Shown one piece after another: positions 12,496-26,362 of a stretch of DNA of 64,000 nucleotides. Source of the stretch: Octopus vulgaris (taxonomy: Eukaryota); contig OX597828.1 of the NCBI GenBank assembly GCA_951406725.2, positions 8,246,001 through 8,310,000 on the forward strand, in the 5' to 3' direction. Made by a program: the position numbers and the translations under genes. Numbering within the stretch: position 1 is the stretch's first letter; each line of letters opens with the position of its first letter. A model generated the notes under the pieces. The model was given only the letters and a program-made list of their open reading frames with translations, made no database searches and had not been told where the DNA came from.

Positions 12496-13652
12496 GCCCG
12501 GATGCAGTATCAGCTCAAGGTGGTAGAGGCCTTATACAGCTGGAAAACTACTATAAAATAACCACCATAGGACTGCAAAAATATCTACTTCAGAAGGAAG
12601 GAAAACTGATCCAGATAGCGGCAAAACACGAGCAAAACAAAAAACTGTTCTCAGTATTTAAGGAAGCTGACAAATACAAACAAGAAATCATACCACCTAA
12701 TAAACATGAAGAAGAAGAAGAAGAAGAAGAAGAAACAACAAAAGCTATAAAACAAATGAAATCCAAACTAAAAATAGAACAGCAACGAACCATGATAAAA
12801 CGATGGCAAGAAAAGCCCCTTCATGGTAAATACTGGACTAAACTAAACGCAAAAGAAATAGACAAAGAAAAATCCCAGCAATGGTTGAGAAGCTCAGGAC
12901 TCAAAGCAGAGACAGAGGGATTTTTAATTGCAGCACAAGACCAAAGCCTCCCCACCAGAAATTACCAAAAACATGTAATGAAAAGAAATATTACAAGTAA
13001 CTGCAGAATATGTGGAGATGGACAAGAAACAATAAATCATATTATCTCTAGCTGCCCAGTCTTGGCTAAGAAGGAATATATTCACAGACATGACAGAGTT
13101 GGAACCTACATACATTGGAAGCTATGCCAACATTATGGAATAACAACAGAAAAAAGATGGTATAGGCACACACCAGAAAAGGTCACAGAAAACGAGAAAG
13201 CAACCATACTCTGGGATATGCCGATACACACAGATAGAGAAATTAAGGCCAACAGACCAGATATAGTTGTCAGAGATCATGAAGAAAAAAATGCTTTCTA
13301 ATTGATGTATCAATACCGGCTGATGACAACGTGTCTCTAAAAGAAATGGAGAAACTCTCAAAATACAAAGACCTGGAAATAGAGGTAACTAGAATGTGGA
13401 ATCTGAAAACAGAAACAATTCCTATCATAGTAGGTGCATTAGGCATGATAAAATACATAACAAAAACACCAGGACTTACAAACACATATAACATACAGAA
13501 AATTGCACTACTAGGCACTGCACACATCCTACGCAGAACACTTTCCATACAATAACCATCAGAGCATCACAACAAATCACAGCACATACCCAAGGCACAC
13601 AGAGCTGTGCTCGGTAGTGAAGTGAAAGCACGCTATAAAAATAAAACTACTG
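12493..13652 (+). mobile_element. R4/Dong-clade non-LTR retrotransposon, 3' part, embedded in (TAA)n
   Basis: R4-like ORF remnant and 3' UTR ending actactga|ataataat; (AAT)n on both sides. Confidence 0.9.
12509..13555 (+). pseudogene. Truncated R4-type ORF: post-RT region, CCHC zinc knuckle and restriction-like endonuclease
   Basis: GGRGL, LHG, AAQDQ, CRICG..ETINHIISSC, RHD, RPDIV..(frameshift in the A-run near 13290)..LIDVSIP, KLSKYKDL, PIIVGALG. Confidence 0.9.
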
Positions 13653-14384
13653 AATAATAATAATAATAATGATAATAATAATGATGATGATAATAATAAT
13701 AATGCTTTCTAGTAAAGGCACAAGCCATGAGATTTGGTGGGAGGGAACTAGTCAATTATATCGTCACCAGTGTTCAATTGGTGTTTATGTTATGTTATCG
13801 GTGGAATTTGAACTCAGATTTTATAGGCGGTTGAAATGCTTCTATGCATTTTCTCTGGAGAGCTGACGATTCTACAATCTCGCTGCCTTAATAGCAACAA
13901 CAACAACAACAACAATAAGAGTAATAATAATACTAATATCAAAAACAACCTCTGATATATGCAATAAACTGACTATAGATCAAAACATTGTGTAATATTG
14001 AGGTCAACTTTTTTTTCTATCTTCCCATTATTATCGTGTTGTATACTGAAGGTTGCAAAAACGGTAATAATAAGCAAATGGAGGATGCGTGAGTTGCATT
14101 TCCGTCAGGATTGGAACCATTTCACGTCCAATTACGTCAGAGATATTTTTGAAATGAGTTTAGAATTTATAATCTGAGAATGTTTTCCTTAAGGAAAAGA
14201 AAACTAAAAGTGCATCTACCCAATATATTTTCTATAGATAATTCTCCTCTGGTACGCAATAAATAAACATAGAATGTATGTGTATATGTAATATGTATGT
14301 ACGCATGTAAGTATTTACGTATGAATGCATGCATACATGTATGTATGTCTATATGTATGTATGTTTGAATACACGTGTGAATGC

Positions 14385-14432
<48 letters not shown>

Positions 14433-14464
14433 ACACATACATATATATTCGTATGTAGATATAC

Positions 14465-14511
<47 letters not shown>

Positions 14512-15312
14512 AACAATCAGACAAACGGAGACAGGTAGAGAATAAATGATATTTCTTGCTTCCTTCAGAGGAAATTGTGTGATATATGAATATATCCATG
14601 TTCGATAGGCCGCTGGATGGTTTGCATTTGTAATACTGCAGTCCAACCTTATCACATTCTTGCACTGATTCTATTTAATAATAATTAGATTACGGCTACT
14701 CGCAACTATGGAATACTCTTCCATATACACACTAATGTCACGTGAAAGACATTCTATTCGTCGTATAAAAGGACACAGATAAGTAGACCTCATTTTTAAG
14801 CGCAATGCATGTAAATCCTTCTTTATAATTTTTTCAGCGTGTGTTTGTAGTATGTATACATCTACATACCTGTGTATGCATATAAATTCGTGTGTATGCA
14901 TGTATATACGTATGTATGTGTATCGACTAGTGGTTAGAATGTTAGTTTCAATTCCTGGACCGAGTGGTGCGTTGTGTTCTTGAGCAGAACACTTCAAGTT
15001 GCACTGCGATTAGTTCGACGCCTGACGTCTTATTCTACCTACGCCTGTTCAGGCAACTGCGATTTGTTGGAGTGATTGAGCTGATATACAACACATACAT
15101 TTGATGACTAGAAATAAATGATTTGTGCAGGTGGTACTGAAACAGAATGCTGGACCCCCTTTCTCAGACTACAGAAGACTACCATCGAATGCATAGTTAT
15201 TAATTCATATATAAATATAGCCCTATTCGTTCCCCTATTCTCTAAATTGTTGCTAATATTACGGGCAGTCTCTTATATGTATGTTTCAGTGATATATATA
15301 TATATACATTTA

Positions 15313-15530
15313 TTTATTATGCGTCCTTTTCAAGCCTAGCCAGGCTCATGTGCCCGGTTTCCCGGTTTCTATGACGTGTGTTCTCCCCAGCTGGATGGGA
15401 TGCCAGTCCATCGCAGCGTTACTCAAGAAACAGGAAGGAAGAGTGAGAGAAAGTTGGGCTGGTGCCTCGTGGATCTTTTAGGTGTTTTCGCCCAATAAAC
15501 ACACAAAACGCCCGGTCTGGGAATCGAAAC
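15313..15530 (-). mobile_element. SINE family C variant with a V-SINE-like 3' module
   Basis: Shares the B box and middle with 54786-55168, but continues into gcgatggactggcatcccatccag...gaaaccggga. Confidence 0.7.
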
Positions 15531-15532
15531 AA

Positions 15533-15568
<36 letters not shown>

Positions 15569-15589
15569 GCGCACCTTCGTTTTGTGATC

Positions 15590-15780
15590 ACCACCACTTT
15601 ATTATCTCCCCTTCTCGCTAGCCACTACACATTCTTTATTTTCTCTCCTTGTTTCTTTCTGTGTTCCTTTCTGTGGAAGAGCGTAGGTTCGAAACGTTAA
15701 AGACTTTTTCACTTCCCGAGCGTTATACTAATACATCTGTTCGTTGTCTGCACCACCTGTCTTCGTCTTTTGCTTTTTGT
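15590..15780 (+). mobile_element. Penelope-like terminal remnant with degenerate minimal hammerhead (15667-15702)
   Basis: CTTT-CTGTGGA-A-GAGC-gtag-GTTC-GAAAC-GTT-AAAG in pyrimidine-rich context; similar to the reverse complement of 59825-60012. Confidence 0.5.
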
Positions 15781-18124
15781 GGTCCAAGCATTTAATTTTT
15801 CTCTTTTGTATTCCCAAAAGTACTTTCATACTTTTGCAGATCATCATGGTGAATATTATGTAATAATAGTTATAGCTAGATAGCTACTTTTATGGGGATA
15901 TTTTAGCTACAATTATGTGAATATTTCAATGAATATTTACATTTACCAAGGAGCTGTAGCTAATACTAAAGTAAGATAGCCCGTATGCTCTTATGTCATA
16001 TAATACTTTTTTCTGCAAGAGATGACTTCTTAAATAAAACCAAATTCAAAATAATAGTACTGTTTGAAAACATTTTTTCAAGTCTTTTAAATTTATTAGA
16101 AGCACAAACTCTGTTAAATGGAAATATTACAAAATTATTTTTGCAGCATGCTTAAATATAGCTACTTAAGTGATGTGCCTGATCAGAGGCTTTCTCAACT
16201 GCTGTTGGTGTATTTTCAGGCGTTCTTATATGATTATATATTTGTTGATAATATGAGCATTTGATACAATATATCAGATACCTGCCCTTAAAATAACTAT
16301 GAAGTTACATGGGGCACCAAACGTTTTGTGAACATTTTATCAAAATAGTTGATGAAATAACAAAGTTATCTGAGGATTGGAATATTCATTCATTAAATTA
16401 CACACATAGGCACGCATGCACATACACCAGCCACCATACACATAAACATACATATGCATACATACACACACTCTTGTTTTTGTGTTTGGAGGTGTCGAAT
16501 GAGTATTGTATCATATAAACAAGAAAGTAATATTTCGAACGCATTCTTGCCGTGAAAACAGTAGAAGAATTGTTTTCACGTTTGTACTATGTTTGAAATA
16601 TTACATTCTTTTCTATATGATACGCTACACATTGACCGCTCCCAAAAAGGAAAAATAAAGTTCATTTATATGTGTTGTATTTAAGAAGTTTGTTTACATT
16701 AGATGTTGCTATGTATTTAGCGTTTAATTTGTTGGAAATTTTTGTGAGCGCGCAGCTATACTTATTTGTAGAGGACTCAACCGGTATCTGACAGGCGCGG
16801 GTTCTAGTCTCGTAGCTGTCTGCTTACAGCTTTTTCTGTCGTATAAAGTTGATACACCCAATCTTTCTGCCGTTTTCACGGCTATACTTCACGTTCCAAA
16901 TATTATGTTCTTGTCTGTATGATATATATATATATATATATATGTCTACATTAGGAAAGGATTTATTTGCAGGTCGCAAAGTTACTTCAAACATTTCTAA
17001 CAAACCTGCAGGAAATAAACAAGAATCCGCGACCATCTTACTGTGGGAGGATATCAATGACTATTAGAAAATGCATGAACACTTTAAACATTTAGCAGAA
17101 TCACGAGATTCTCCGCCAAGTCATATTTGCTCGCAAGTGATGGCTGTGAACATTTTAGTTACTCTCCTTTTATTATTAGATAATTATAGTTATCAATTTT
17201 GACATTTGAATGGAACTTGCTTACTGCCATACTCATGGATGTTTCGATTTCAGTTTTAAAAAAATCTGTTTAAAACTTGATAAATCCATTGAAACTAGTG
17301 ATAGCGTTGGCAAAAGATAATTGATAAGAGAGTTCGGTCTGTGAGCTCTACAAGTTTCTTTGCAACAAAGAAAGAAGAGTCTATGTTTTCCGGCCTTGCC
17401 TTTAGACTGAAAGTGTGGAAATAAGGAAAAAACAAAAAGATGAATGGGGTGTCATTCGTTCTAGTGTCATGACTGATGCGTCATATATCAAAGTAAACAA
17501 TGTTTCAGGCTATCCGACTGAATTATCTATCTTTGATCTCGAGCAATTATTGACGCAGAAGCATCATTAATGTGTACTGCTCGCTACAGGAAGCAGTTAA
17601 TACGCAATATTTTATGGATTGCATGCCCTGATATAGAAATTGCTTGAAGAAATTCAAACTTCTGCTTGGATAAAAGGGTATGGCTGCAGGGATTGTGTTG
17701 TGGACGACTAGCTTTGTGATTCGTAGTTTATATCCTGCTGTCGTCAATGGTATGTTGAAATGGCACATGTCTGCAATATGCCATTTTCATCGGTTGAGTT
17801 TACTGAGACGTAATTTGTTTCTGCGTTTAATGCGCAGGACAAAAAAAAAATACAGTCATGACTGCCTCATTTAATTTTCAGATTAAAATTAAGATTTAAA
17901 TTAACGAAATTTTGAAGGGCTATTGTTGCTATTGCTTGTAAGTTGAGCAACTACGTGGGCGGTCTCTTCTTAGCCCTATTTTAGATTTTGTTATTTTTTA
18001 TGCTCAAGTTTTAACCTGGCCCAGCAGACCTAAAATCAAGAACTTTCTAAACTTGAGCATCCGTCATTTTACATTATCGATCTGCATGTTACGTGATGTG
18101 TTCGTCAATTATATTGCATGCTAA

Positions 18125-18518
18125 GGCGGTGAGCTGGCAGAAACGTTAGCACGCCGGGCGAAATGCGTAGCCGTATTTCATCTGTCGTTACCTTCTGAGT
18201 TCAAATTCTGCCGAGGTCGACCTTGCCTTTCATCCTTTCCGGGTCGATAAATTAAGTACCAGTTACACACTGGTGTCGATAAAATCGACTTAATCTGCGT
18301 TTCTGTCCTTGTTCGTCCCCTCTGTGTTTAGCCCCTTGTGGGTAGTAAAGAAATAGGTATTTCGTCTGCATTACGTTCTGAGTTCAAATTCCGCCGAAGT
18401 TGACTTTACCTTTCATCCTTTTGGAGTCGATAAATTAAGATAAATTGCGTACTAGAGTCGATCTAATCGACTAGACCCCACCCTTAAAATTTCGGGCCTT
18501 GTGCGTAGAGTAGAAAAG
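18125..18518 (+). mobile_element. SINE family B dimer with TSD
   Basis: Two central domains; TSD AATTATATTGCATGCTA at 18107-18123 and 18519-18535. Confidence 0.9.
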
Positions 18519-19669
18519 AATTATATTGCATGCTATGCTATGATTCCGGGAATATTTGGTGAGTAATTAATTGGCTTTAAGTATTTAAATATGGTATACA
18601 CGCTTGTTTTACCCCGAAAAATATTTATCCGATATTGGAAAAAATATATTTCCTTGTTTCTTTACGTTTCAGAAAGAGTAGGAGATAATACCAATTACGT
18701 AGACACGCGAAAAGTAAACAAATTCTTCAGTGTTAATACAATAAGTAAGTGAGATAATCCATTAGGTTACAAATTCACCACTATAATAAGGGAAATACAT
18801 ATTTTTTTTAGTTACTATGGTTATTATATTAATATTATTGTCATTATATAAAACTTTGCATAAATCTTTCCAGTTACCGCTAGGCATCTGTGTCTGAAGC
18901 CTTGGGACAATCTCTGAAAGCAACCATTGTAAGTAAAAAATACTTTTATACAGATGCACCCAGAGGAAATGCTAATTATAATCAACAACAATTACTAGCC
19001 AACATAAACTACAAATATTTGTTTTGGCTGTCATTAGTATAGTTTTATTGCTTCAGGCCTCCCTGCATATGAATACATTTTATGTATTATTGTGTGTATT
19101 TAAATCCCCAAGAGAAAGGTCTATGTTCATATGCCTATAAAATTACTCTTGTAGCACAATGCTGTGTGTATTATCCAAGTTAATAATTCATTTTGAAAAG
19201 GGCGTGCATTTGAGGGTTGTTGTTAATAATTTACTACTCCGAAATATATGGTGTAGTAAAAACGGTAGAGTTATAGACTAAAGGTTATGCTTTATTTATA
19301 TTTCTTTATGCTCTGAGTTCATATCTTGTCAGTGTCGGCTTTGCCTTTCATCCCACCAGGGTCGATATGATAAGTATCTATCATGTAATTGGATTGATTG
19401 TATTGAATATAACCATACATTCGAAATGTATGATATTGTGGTAGTGCAGTGAAAAATCAATATTCTCTGCACGCATAGCTCGTTAGTTTTACACTATCCA
19501 AATGTCCAGTCTGGATAGATTTCATCTTTCATCGTATATGAATAGTGGTAATGCAGTGTTTTGTCTTGAAATGATAACACGACATTTGCAGATTTTGAAG
19601 TAATAACATATACAATCCACTTAATGTATGGTATTACTTAATCACTACTTGTAATTAACTGATGATACT

Positions 19670-19870
19670 TGTTGTTACTTAGACCCAGATTTACTCTGAG
19701 TGAGATGAGCTACGATCAAAGATGTCCCTATCTTGATCATCGTGTCTCTAGTTCTCAGGCATAACGTATATAGAACAAGGTTATATAATGTCTCATTTAT
19801 ACTCATTATCGTGTGATTTAGCCGATATACAATAGCAATGGCAGAGGTTGCTAAAGGAATTCCTCCTTTG
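19670..19870. repeat. Old, highly diverged interspersed repeat (related stretches near 47385-47600 inverted and 48590-48770)
   Basis: Loosely shared motifs (gttgtt..tag.ccc, gatcaaag, tgattt). Alignment by eye only. Confidence 0.35.
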
Positions 19871-20857
19871 TTCGCGAATTTAGCAGAGTTCAGCTCGGCG
19901 AAGCTTCTTAGTAGTTTGTCTCTTTACTGTTAAATCATGGCCGCCAAATAATACGGTGTGCATGTTGCTTACTTGGTGTGCTTCATACGCTTGAACTTAT
20001 GAACATTTCTCGATAATTGACGGCATGTTGGCAGAGTCGTTATACAGCGTCGGAAACATTACCTTGTGGTATTCATTCTAATCCCATTGAAGTCAAATTC
20101 TCTTTTGTTCCTTTCTATGTTAATAAAAAATGTGCCAGCTCAGTAGTAGGATGTCTCTCATTCTCTCATATAGAAATTTGTTACTTTTACACCTGACGAG
20201 AAAAAGGCTTCGATTGGATGAAAATTCTCATGGAACGCTGTTTTTGAAAGCTGCCCCCTTACAGATAAATTGATCAATTATTAAAAGCCAGAAAAAAGAT
20301 AATGATAAATACATTCTCTCCGGTAACAATGACGCGTTTAGTGGCATAGCATCTCAGCATTTGGAAGTTAAAACAGTAACGAAGAAGCCTCTATTTCTGT
20401 GAGAAATACTAAGATGCGAGAAATATTAACCAAATATCTTTCAAATGCATTCTATTGGGCTTAAAGCACTCCGATATTTTTAAATTGGTGAACTATTCCA
20501 TGTTGGGATGTTTTGAAATCAGAGATCTGTGTCTTCGCGGTTGACCTTTCGCAAAAAACCCCCCCAAAAAAACAGCGACAACGAGAATTCATGAGACGTA
20601 CAGGTTATTGACTTACCGTTCTCTGTGATATTCAAAGCACGGTTAAGAAAAATATTCTGCAGGTGAGAAACTTATTGATTTTCTCGTTTACTTTAAAGCG
20701 AAATGTGTAATTTCCTACAAGATTGTAAGTATATACTTTAATGACTTAATGAAGTAAATCATACTCTCTTAAATAGTACGTCGATAGAATAAGCAATAGA
20801 GATCTATATACGCCTCTCTCTCAGTCTCCCCCTCTCCCCCTCTCTCTCTATATATAT

Positions 20858-21254
20858 ATTCTTTTATTCTTTTATTTGTTTCAGTTATTTGACTGCGGCC
20901 ATGTTGGAGCACCACCTTTTAGTCGAGCAAATCGACCCCAGGACTTATTTTTTGTAAGCCTAGTACTTATTCTATCGGTCTTATGGGGACGTAAACACAC
21001 CAGCATCGGATGTCAAGCGATGTTGGGGGTGGGTGACAGACAGACACACACACACACACATATATACACACATATATATATACATATATACGGCCGGCTT
21101 CTTTCAGTTTCCGTCTACCAAATCCACTCACAAGGTTTTGGTCGGCCCGAGACTATAGTAGAAGACACTTGTCCAATATGCAACGCAGTTGGACTGAACC
21201 CGGAATCAGGTGGTTGGTAAGCAAGTTACTTACCACACAACCACGCCTGCGCCT
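20858..21254 (-). mobile_element. SINE family A
   Basis: Reverse-complement homology with a small internal deletion. Confidence 0.9.
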
Positions 21255-21256
21255 AA

Positions 21257-21350
<94 letters not shown>

Positions 21351-22135
21351 GCAGTGATGCGGATTAAGAAATTAGATATATTAAGCATAAGAGATTGTGT
21401 ATGAAATAAAGAATATGTACATATATCTACATGCAAAACGAGACAAAAAGATTGGAGACTTTTAGACGATGAATATTTAAGTATAAGTGTATAGATATTT
21501 TGTTAATAGAGCCATCTTACATAAAGCACAAACGATAGTCTCTAAAAACAGCTTTTGGTCTTATAACTCCTTACTTCATCTCTTTAAATTTTTTCTAGTT
21601 TGTATTCTGTATAAATTGTATCAATGGATATAGATATCTATATTTTTATACTTACATGTTCATCATCACACAGGGTCCATTTTTTTCATTTTTTTAATCA
21701 TGTTTATATGTATACATGTATACATATTTTATGTTTCATATCCAATTTGTTATATTTCATATATCAAATTTTTTATCCGTATAACTGCCTCCATATCTGC
21801 TTATCTTAATCCCTTTTCTATCCATTCTGTTAAGACATCGGGGTGTAATTTTCGATCGTTTGGGCACTATTAAGTATAGATGTAACTTCTATACAGGGAA
21901 TCTCCGGATCTTATCAGATGACTGTTTGTGTGTCTTCGGCTATGTGCGCGTGTGTGTGGGGTGGTGGTGGGGGGTGGGGGTGTAATTATTTAATAGCAAT
22001 TCAATGGCAATACTAGTCTGGTTAAAGAATAAGTTTGTAATCTAAAAATGTATTGAGTAATCCTTCAGTTTCATATAGGTAAAATTATTTTTATTATAAT
22101 TTAACATAAAAATAGACATGAAGATAGACCTAAAC

Positions 22136-22193
<58 letters not shown>

Positions 22194-22217
22194 ATGTATG
22201 TGTGTGAGTGTTTGTGC

Positions 22218-22248
<31 letters not shown>

Positions 22249-22379
22249 CCTGTGTATATACGTATATATATATACATAATATTATATATACGATATATAT
22301 GTAATTATATATGTATATAATATTATCTATACAATATCATATGTTTTACATATATATATGTATATATTAAAGCAGAACA

Positions 22380-22636
22380 GCATCGGTTACTATGGTGAGT
22401 GTCCTAGCTGATACGATCAATAGAACAACTTGCTCGTGAAATTAACATGCAAGTGGCTGAGCAATCCACAGACATGTGTACCCCTAACCTAGTTCCCAGG
22501 GAGATTCAGCGTCACACTTAGTGCGAAAAAGCTGGCCCTTTGGTATACTGGTACAACTCATTTTTGTCAAGGACAAGAACACGTCGCTGGGAATCGAACT
22601 CAAAACCTTACAATCGTGAGTCGAATGCCCTTACCA
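22380..22636 (-). mobile_element. SINE with tRNA head and family C tail (CORE part deleted)
   Basis: Tail gctcgtgaaattaac..caagtggctgagca..ccacagaca is shared with family C; B box gggaatcgaactc. Confidence 0.75.
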
Positions 22637-22773
22637 TTAATATATATATATTATTTGCATATATCTATATATACATATACAATAAATATATATAATATAT
22701 ATACATCATATACATATATATATAATACACACGCACATATATGTATATATATCTATATATCTATATCTAGTAC

Positions 22774-22813
<40 letters not shown>

Positions 22814-23294
22814 CATACACATACATACATGTATAATACATATATATGTACTTTTATATACATATGTATATATATATTTATATACACATATATGTATAAT
22901 ATATATATGTCTATATCCATACATATATATGCATATATCTAGGTATAATATATATATACATATGCATACATATGTACACACATGCATGCATGCATGCGCA
23001 CACACATGCGTACAGAAACATGAAACACCGAAGTTGTATAAGCGGGAATTTGATCTGTTACTGGCCTTTCCAGATCTCCACAACTCCTTTTACTGTATGA
23101 ATTTATTTTGTTTGATGTTTCATTTGAATTGGCAATCGTTAGTAAATTAAAAGTAAGACATGGAGTGAGCAGAGACTTCAAAAGCATGGAATTGTAAAGG
23201 AAGATAGATTACACAATATCATTGTTTATTACGTGGAATGGGAGCGAGCATTATGTGTATATCTTGAAGGATTTATACAGCAATTTCTATCCCG

Positions 23295-23295
<1 letters not shown>

Positions 23296-23361
<66 letters not shown>
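23296..23361. repeat. (CTTT)n microsatellite
   Basis: Seen directly. Confidence 0.95.
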
Positions 23362-23364
<3 letters not shown>

Positions 23365-24619
23365 TCTCTCTGTCTCTTTCTCTGGTTGTCTCTCTCTCTT
23401 CTGGTCTCTGTGCGCGCGTATCTGTATATGTTTACGTGGTCACAATATGCGAAAATATATGCATGTATGTGCGTGCGTGTATGTGTATACATGCATCAGT
23501 GTGTGTGTGTGTGTGAGTGTATGGGTATGTCTATGTTCGGTACATGCAGAACGTGTATCAGTTTAAGATAGCCATTATAAATCATACTTTATTTCAATAC
23601 ATCGTGAAAGGCAAATTTACTGCGGTATCTGTCCTGAGATAATATCTAATATAGATGCACTGCGTTTAAAACCATTATATATCTGCAAAAATGACGAAAA
23701 CCGTTCTACTAGAGGCCGGTGGATATGGTCGGTACATTTCTATGTCAGCGCATCTATATAAGCTAGCCATCGCTTTCGTATGTCATCAATTAAGGCATTT
23801 TGCTGAACACCAATTAATGTTGTCGATAGTCACGTCAGGTTACCGAGAGACATAAATTTCACTTCTCATCTTTGGTTTAACTTTCATTCCATTAGAGCCA
23901 AGTGTCGCTAAGAAGCCGTGAACAACTAAGTCGAATCGAGTACCATGGAATCGTCTCAAATTGTCAAATTGTCACAGTTGTCGAACTGTGGAGTTGGCTC
24001 TGCTCCTTTGATAGCTAAACTTGCCAAGCTCCTTTAGAGCATACTCCCTAGTTCCGAAAGTATTTTACATTAAAGAATTGTTGAAGATAATCTTGCTTTC
24101 ATTGAGTAACTCAAAATGATTTTAAGTGCATGTTTCATGTCGAATTTCTTATCACAATTTCCTCTCTAAAAAGCTTATTTTCACTTACCTGATAACCGTC
24201 TTTAGGGACAATGAACATGAGTTGTCGACGAATAACTCATGTTCCACTTAACTAGTTTTTTAAGCCCGTCTGTGTAAACATGGCACGCTAAGAAAGACGT
24301 GTTAAGTCGGCTGCACGGACAACGAATTTGCCATACAAATATGGTAAGTTTGTACTTCGTGCAGCAGACTGATTTGACTTGTAAGCACCCAATGCAATTC
24401 TTGTCTTCTGGTTTTTAGAATACTGTACTGCAGTTACTCTACTGTAGTAATTGGAGCACTATACATGGTTTAAAAGGGGTCTTGAATCTTAATCAATAAA
24501 ATACCTGCAAAAGTAAATATACACGATGTGCATCCCTTAAGAAAATTTCTATCCTTAACATCTTAATCCCTTTTTCTGGGCTCATCACTAAAAGGCTCCA
24601 AAATCATACTGAATTGTAA

Positions 24620-24726
24620 ATAATAATAATAACAATAATAATAATAATAATAATAATACGAAGAAGAAGAAAGAAGAAGAAGAAGAAGAAGAAGAAGAAG
24701 AAGAAGAAGAAGAAGAAGAAGAAGAG
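24620..24726. repeat. (AAT)n(GAA)n microsatellite
   Basis: Seen directly. Confidence 0.95.
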
Positions 24727-25974
24727 CTATTAAACGCGAAATATTGCATTTTAACAGTTCTTTACCGCCTTCTATTAAATCCTGTGACGAAAACCGACAA
24801 CGGAAAATGGACGTTTTGAAAATATTACTGCTGTATATCTACACACGACTACATATACATCTGCACAAATGACTTTGAAAGCCAAAGCAAGATATTGCTG
24901 GAAGACAAAGTAAACTCACTTAACATGAGGTATATGGTTAAATTATACAAATGTAGTAACGTCACATGATATAGATCACATGAATTTTTGAAATATGTGT
25001 ACCGAATAACTGTTCTTTTTGCATTCCACTCGTGATTATCACATACTAAGCAAAGTAAGTTGTTTTAGTAATGGGGGAATATATTACCTATTTTTTACGT
25101 CAGGAGTACTTTATAATTTTGATATGGGACAAGGAGCACTTGATAAAATGATTTAATACAATTTATTGTGCGATTATTGCATACGTTTATATTTTATTTC
25201 TGTTATACCACAGATACATACATATATATATATATATGAATATATATAAAACATACATGCATGCGCGCACATACAGACACACACACATATATACCTACAG
25301 AAGACACAACTGAATTTTAATGAATTTCATAAGCTTAAAGTCTTGGATTAATAACTTTACATTGAAATAGTTTTAATGAAAAATGTATCTAAGGAATAAA
25401 AGTAATTTAAATATCAAAATTTCCCTCTTACTATATTGTTGCATTCTAAACCGAGTGTAGTCAGATTTGCTAGCACACCAGATGTTTAGCTACGTTTCTT
25501 CTGTCTTTACATTCTGGGTTCAAATTCTGCCCAGGACGGCTTTGCATTTTATCCTTTCAATACCGGTAAGTGACGTCGGAGCACTGCAGTCGATATATTC
25601 GACTATTTCCCTTCCTCGATTCTTTGGAATTGCAAGAAAAATGTTCTTGCTTTCTGACTCTATCTCTTGTGATACTTTTATCTTCAGGGTCCGTAGAATA
25701 CTCGGGTGTATAATTCGCCTGGTTCATTCCGTTGATTGACCAACCGCGTAGCTAGTTAAAAGACTCTGTGAGAGATGAAAGTAGTAACTATTCTGTTCGA
25801 TGACAGAATCACCAAATGAACGATTTCAGGTAATTTGTGCCCATCCACAGTTGTGATCACCCGATGGTGGGGTGGGGTATTTTGTGGTGTAAATAGATAA
25901 GTATGAATGCATTTGCATGTATAATCACACGCATGATTTACAGATTTTATTGCAAAATTTAAACTAATATTGGT

Positions 25975-26135
25975 CTCAAATGTTTCCACAATGCCAGGAA
26001 ATTCGGGTTAAGGAGAGGTTAGGTCGATTACATCGACCTAAGTATTTAACTGATACTTATTTTATCGACCTCGAAAACATAAAATGAAAAATCAACCGTG
26101 GCGGAATTTGAACTCAGAATGTAAAGGCGGACGAA
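25975..26135 (-). mobile_element. SINE family B, diverged
   Basis: gtcgattacatcgacc...ttatcgacctcgaaa...ggcggaatttgaactcag. Confidence 0.7.
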
Positions 26136-26312
26136 AATTTAATTTAATATTGACACATAATATATATGCCTACGGGTGTGTACGAGCTCATATGCATGTA
26201 TGCGTGTATGCATATGATATATATATATATATATATAATATATATATATATGTATGTGTGCGTGTGTGTGTCTGTGTGTGTATGTATATATGTATATGCA
26301 TATATATATATG

Positions 26313-26362
<50 letters not shown>

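Noticed and set aside
21835-21925. Minus-strand hammerhead-like CUGAUAA-GAUC...GAUC-GAAA with an internal hairpin
   Set aside because: G8 is altered, and I could not build a consistent stem I and NUH site; at most a decayed motif.
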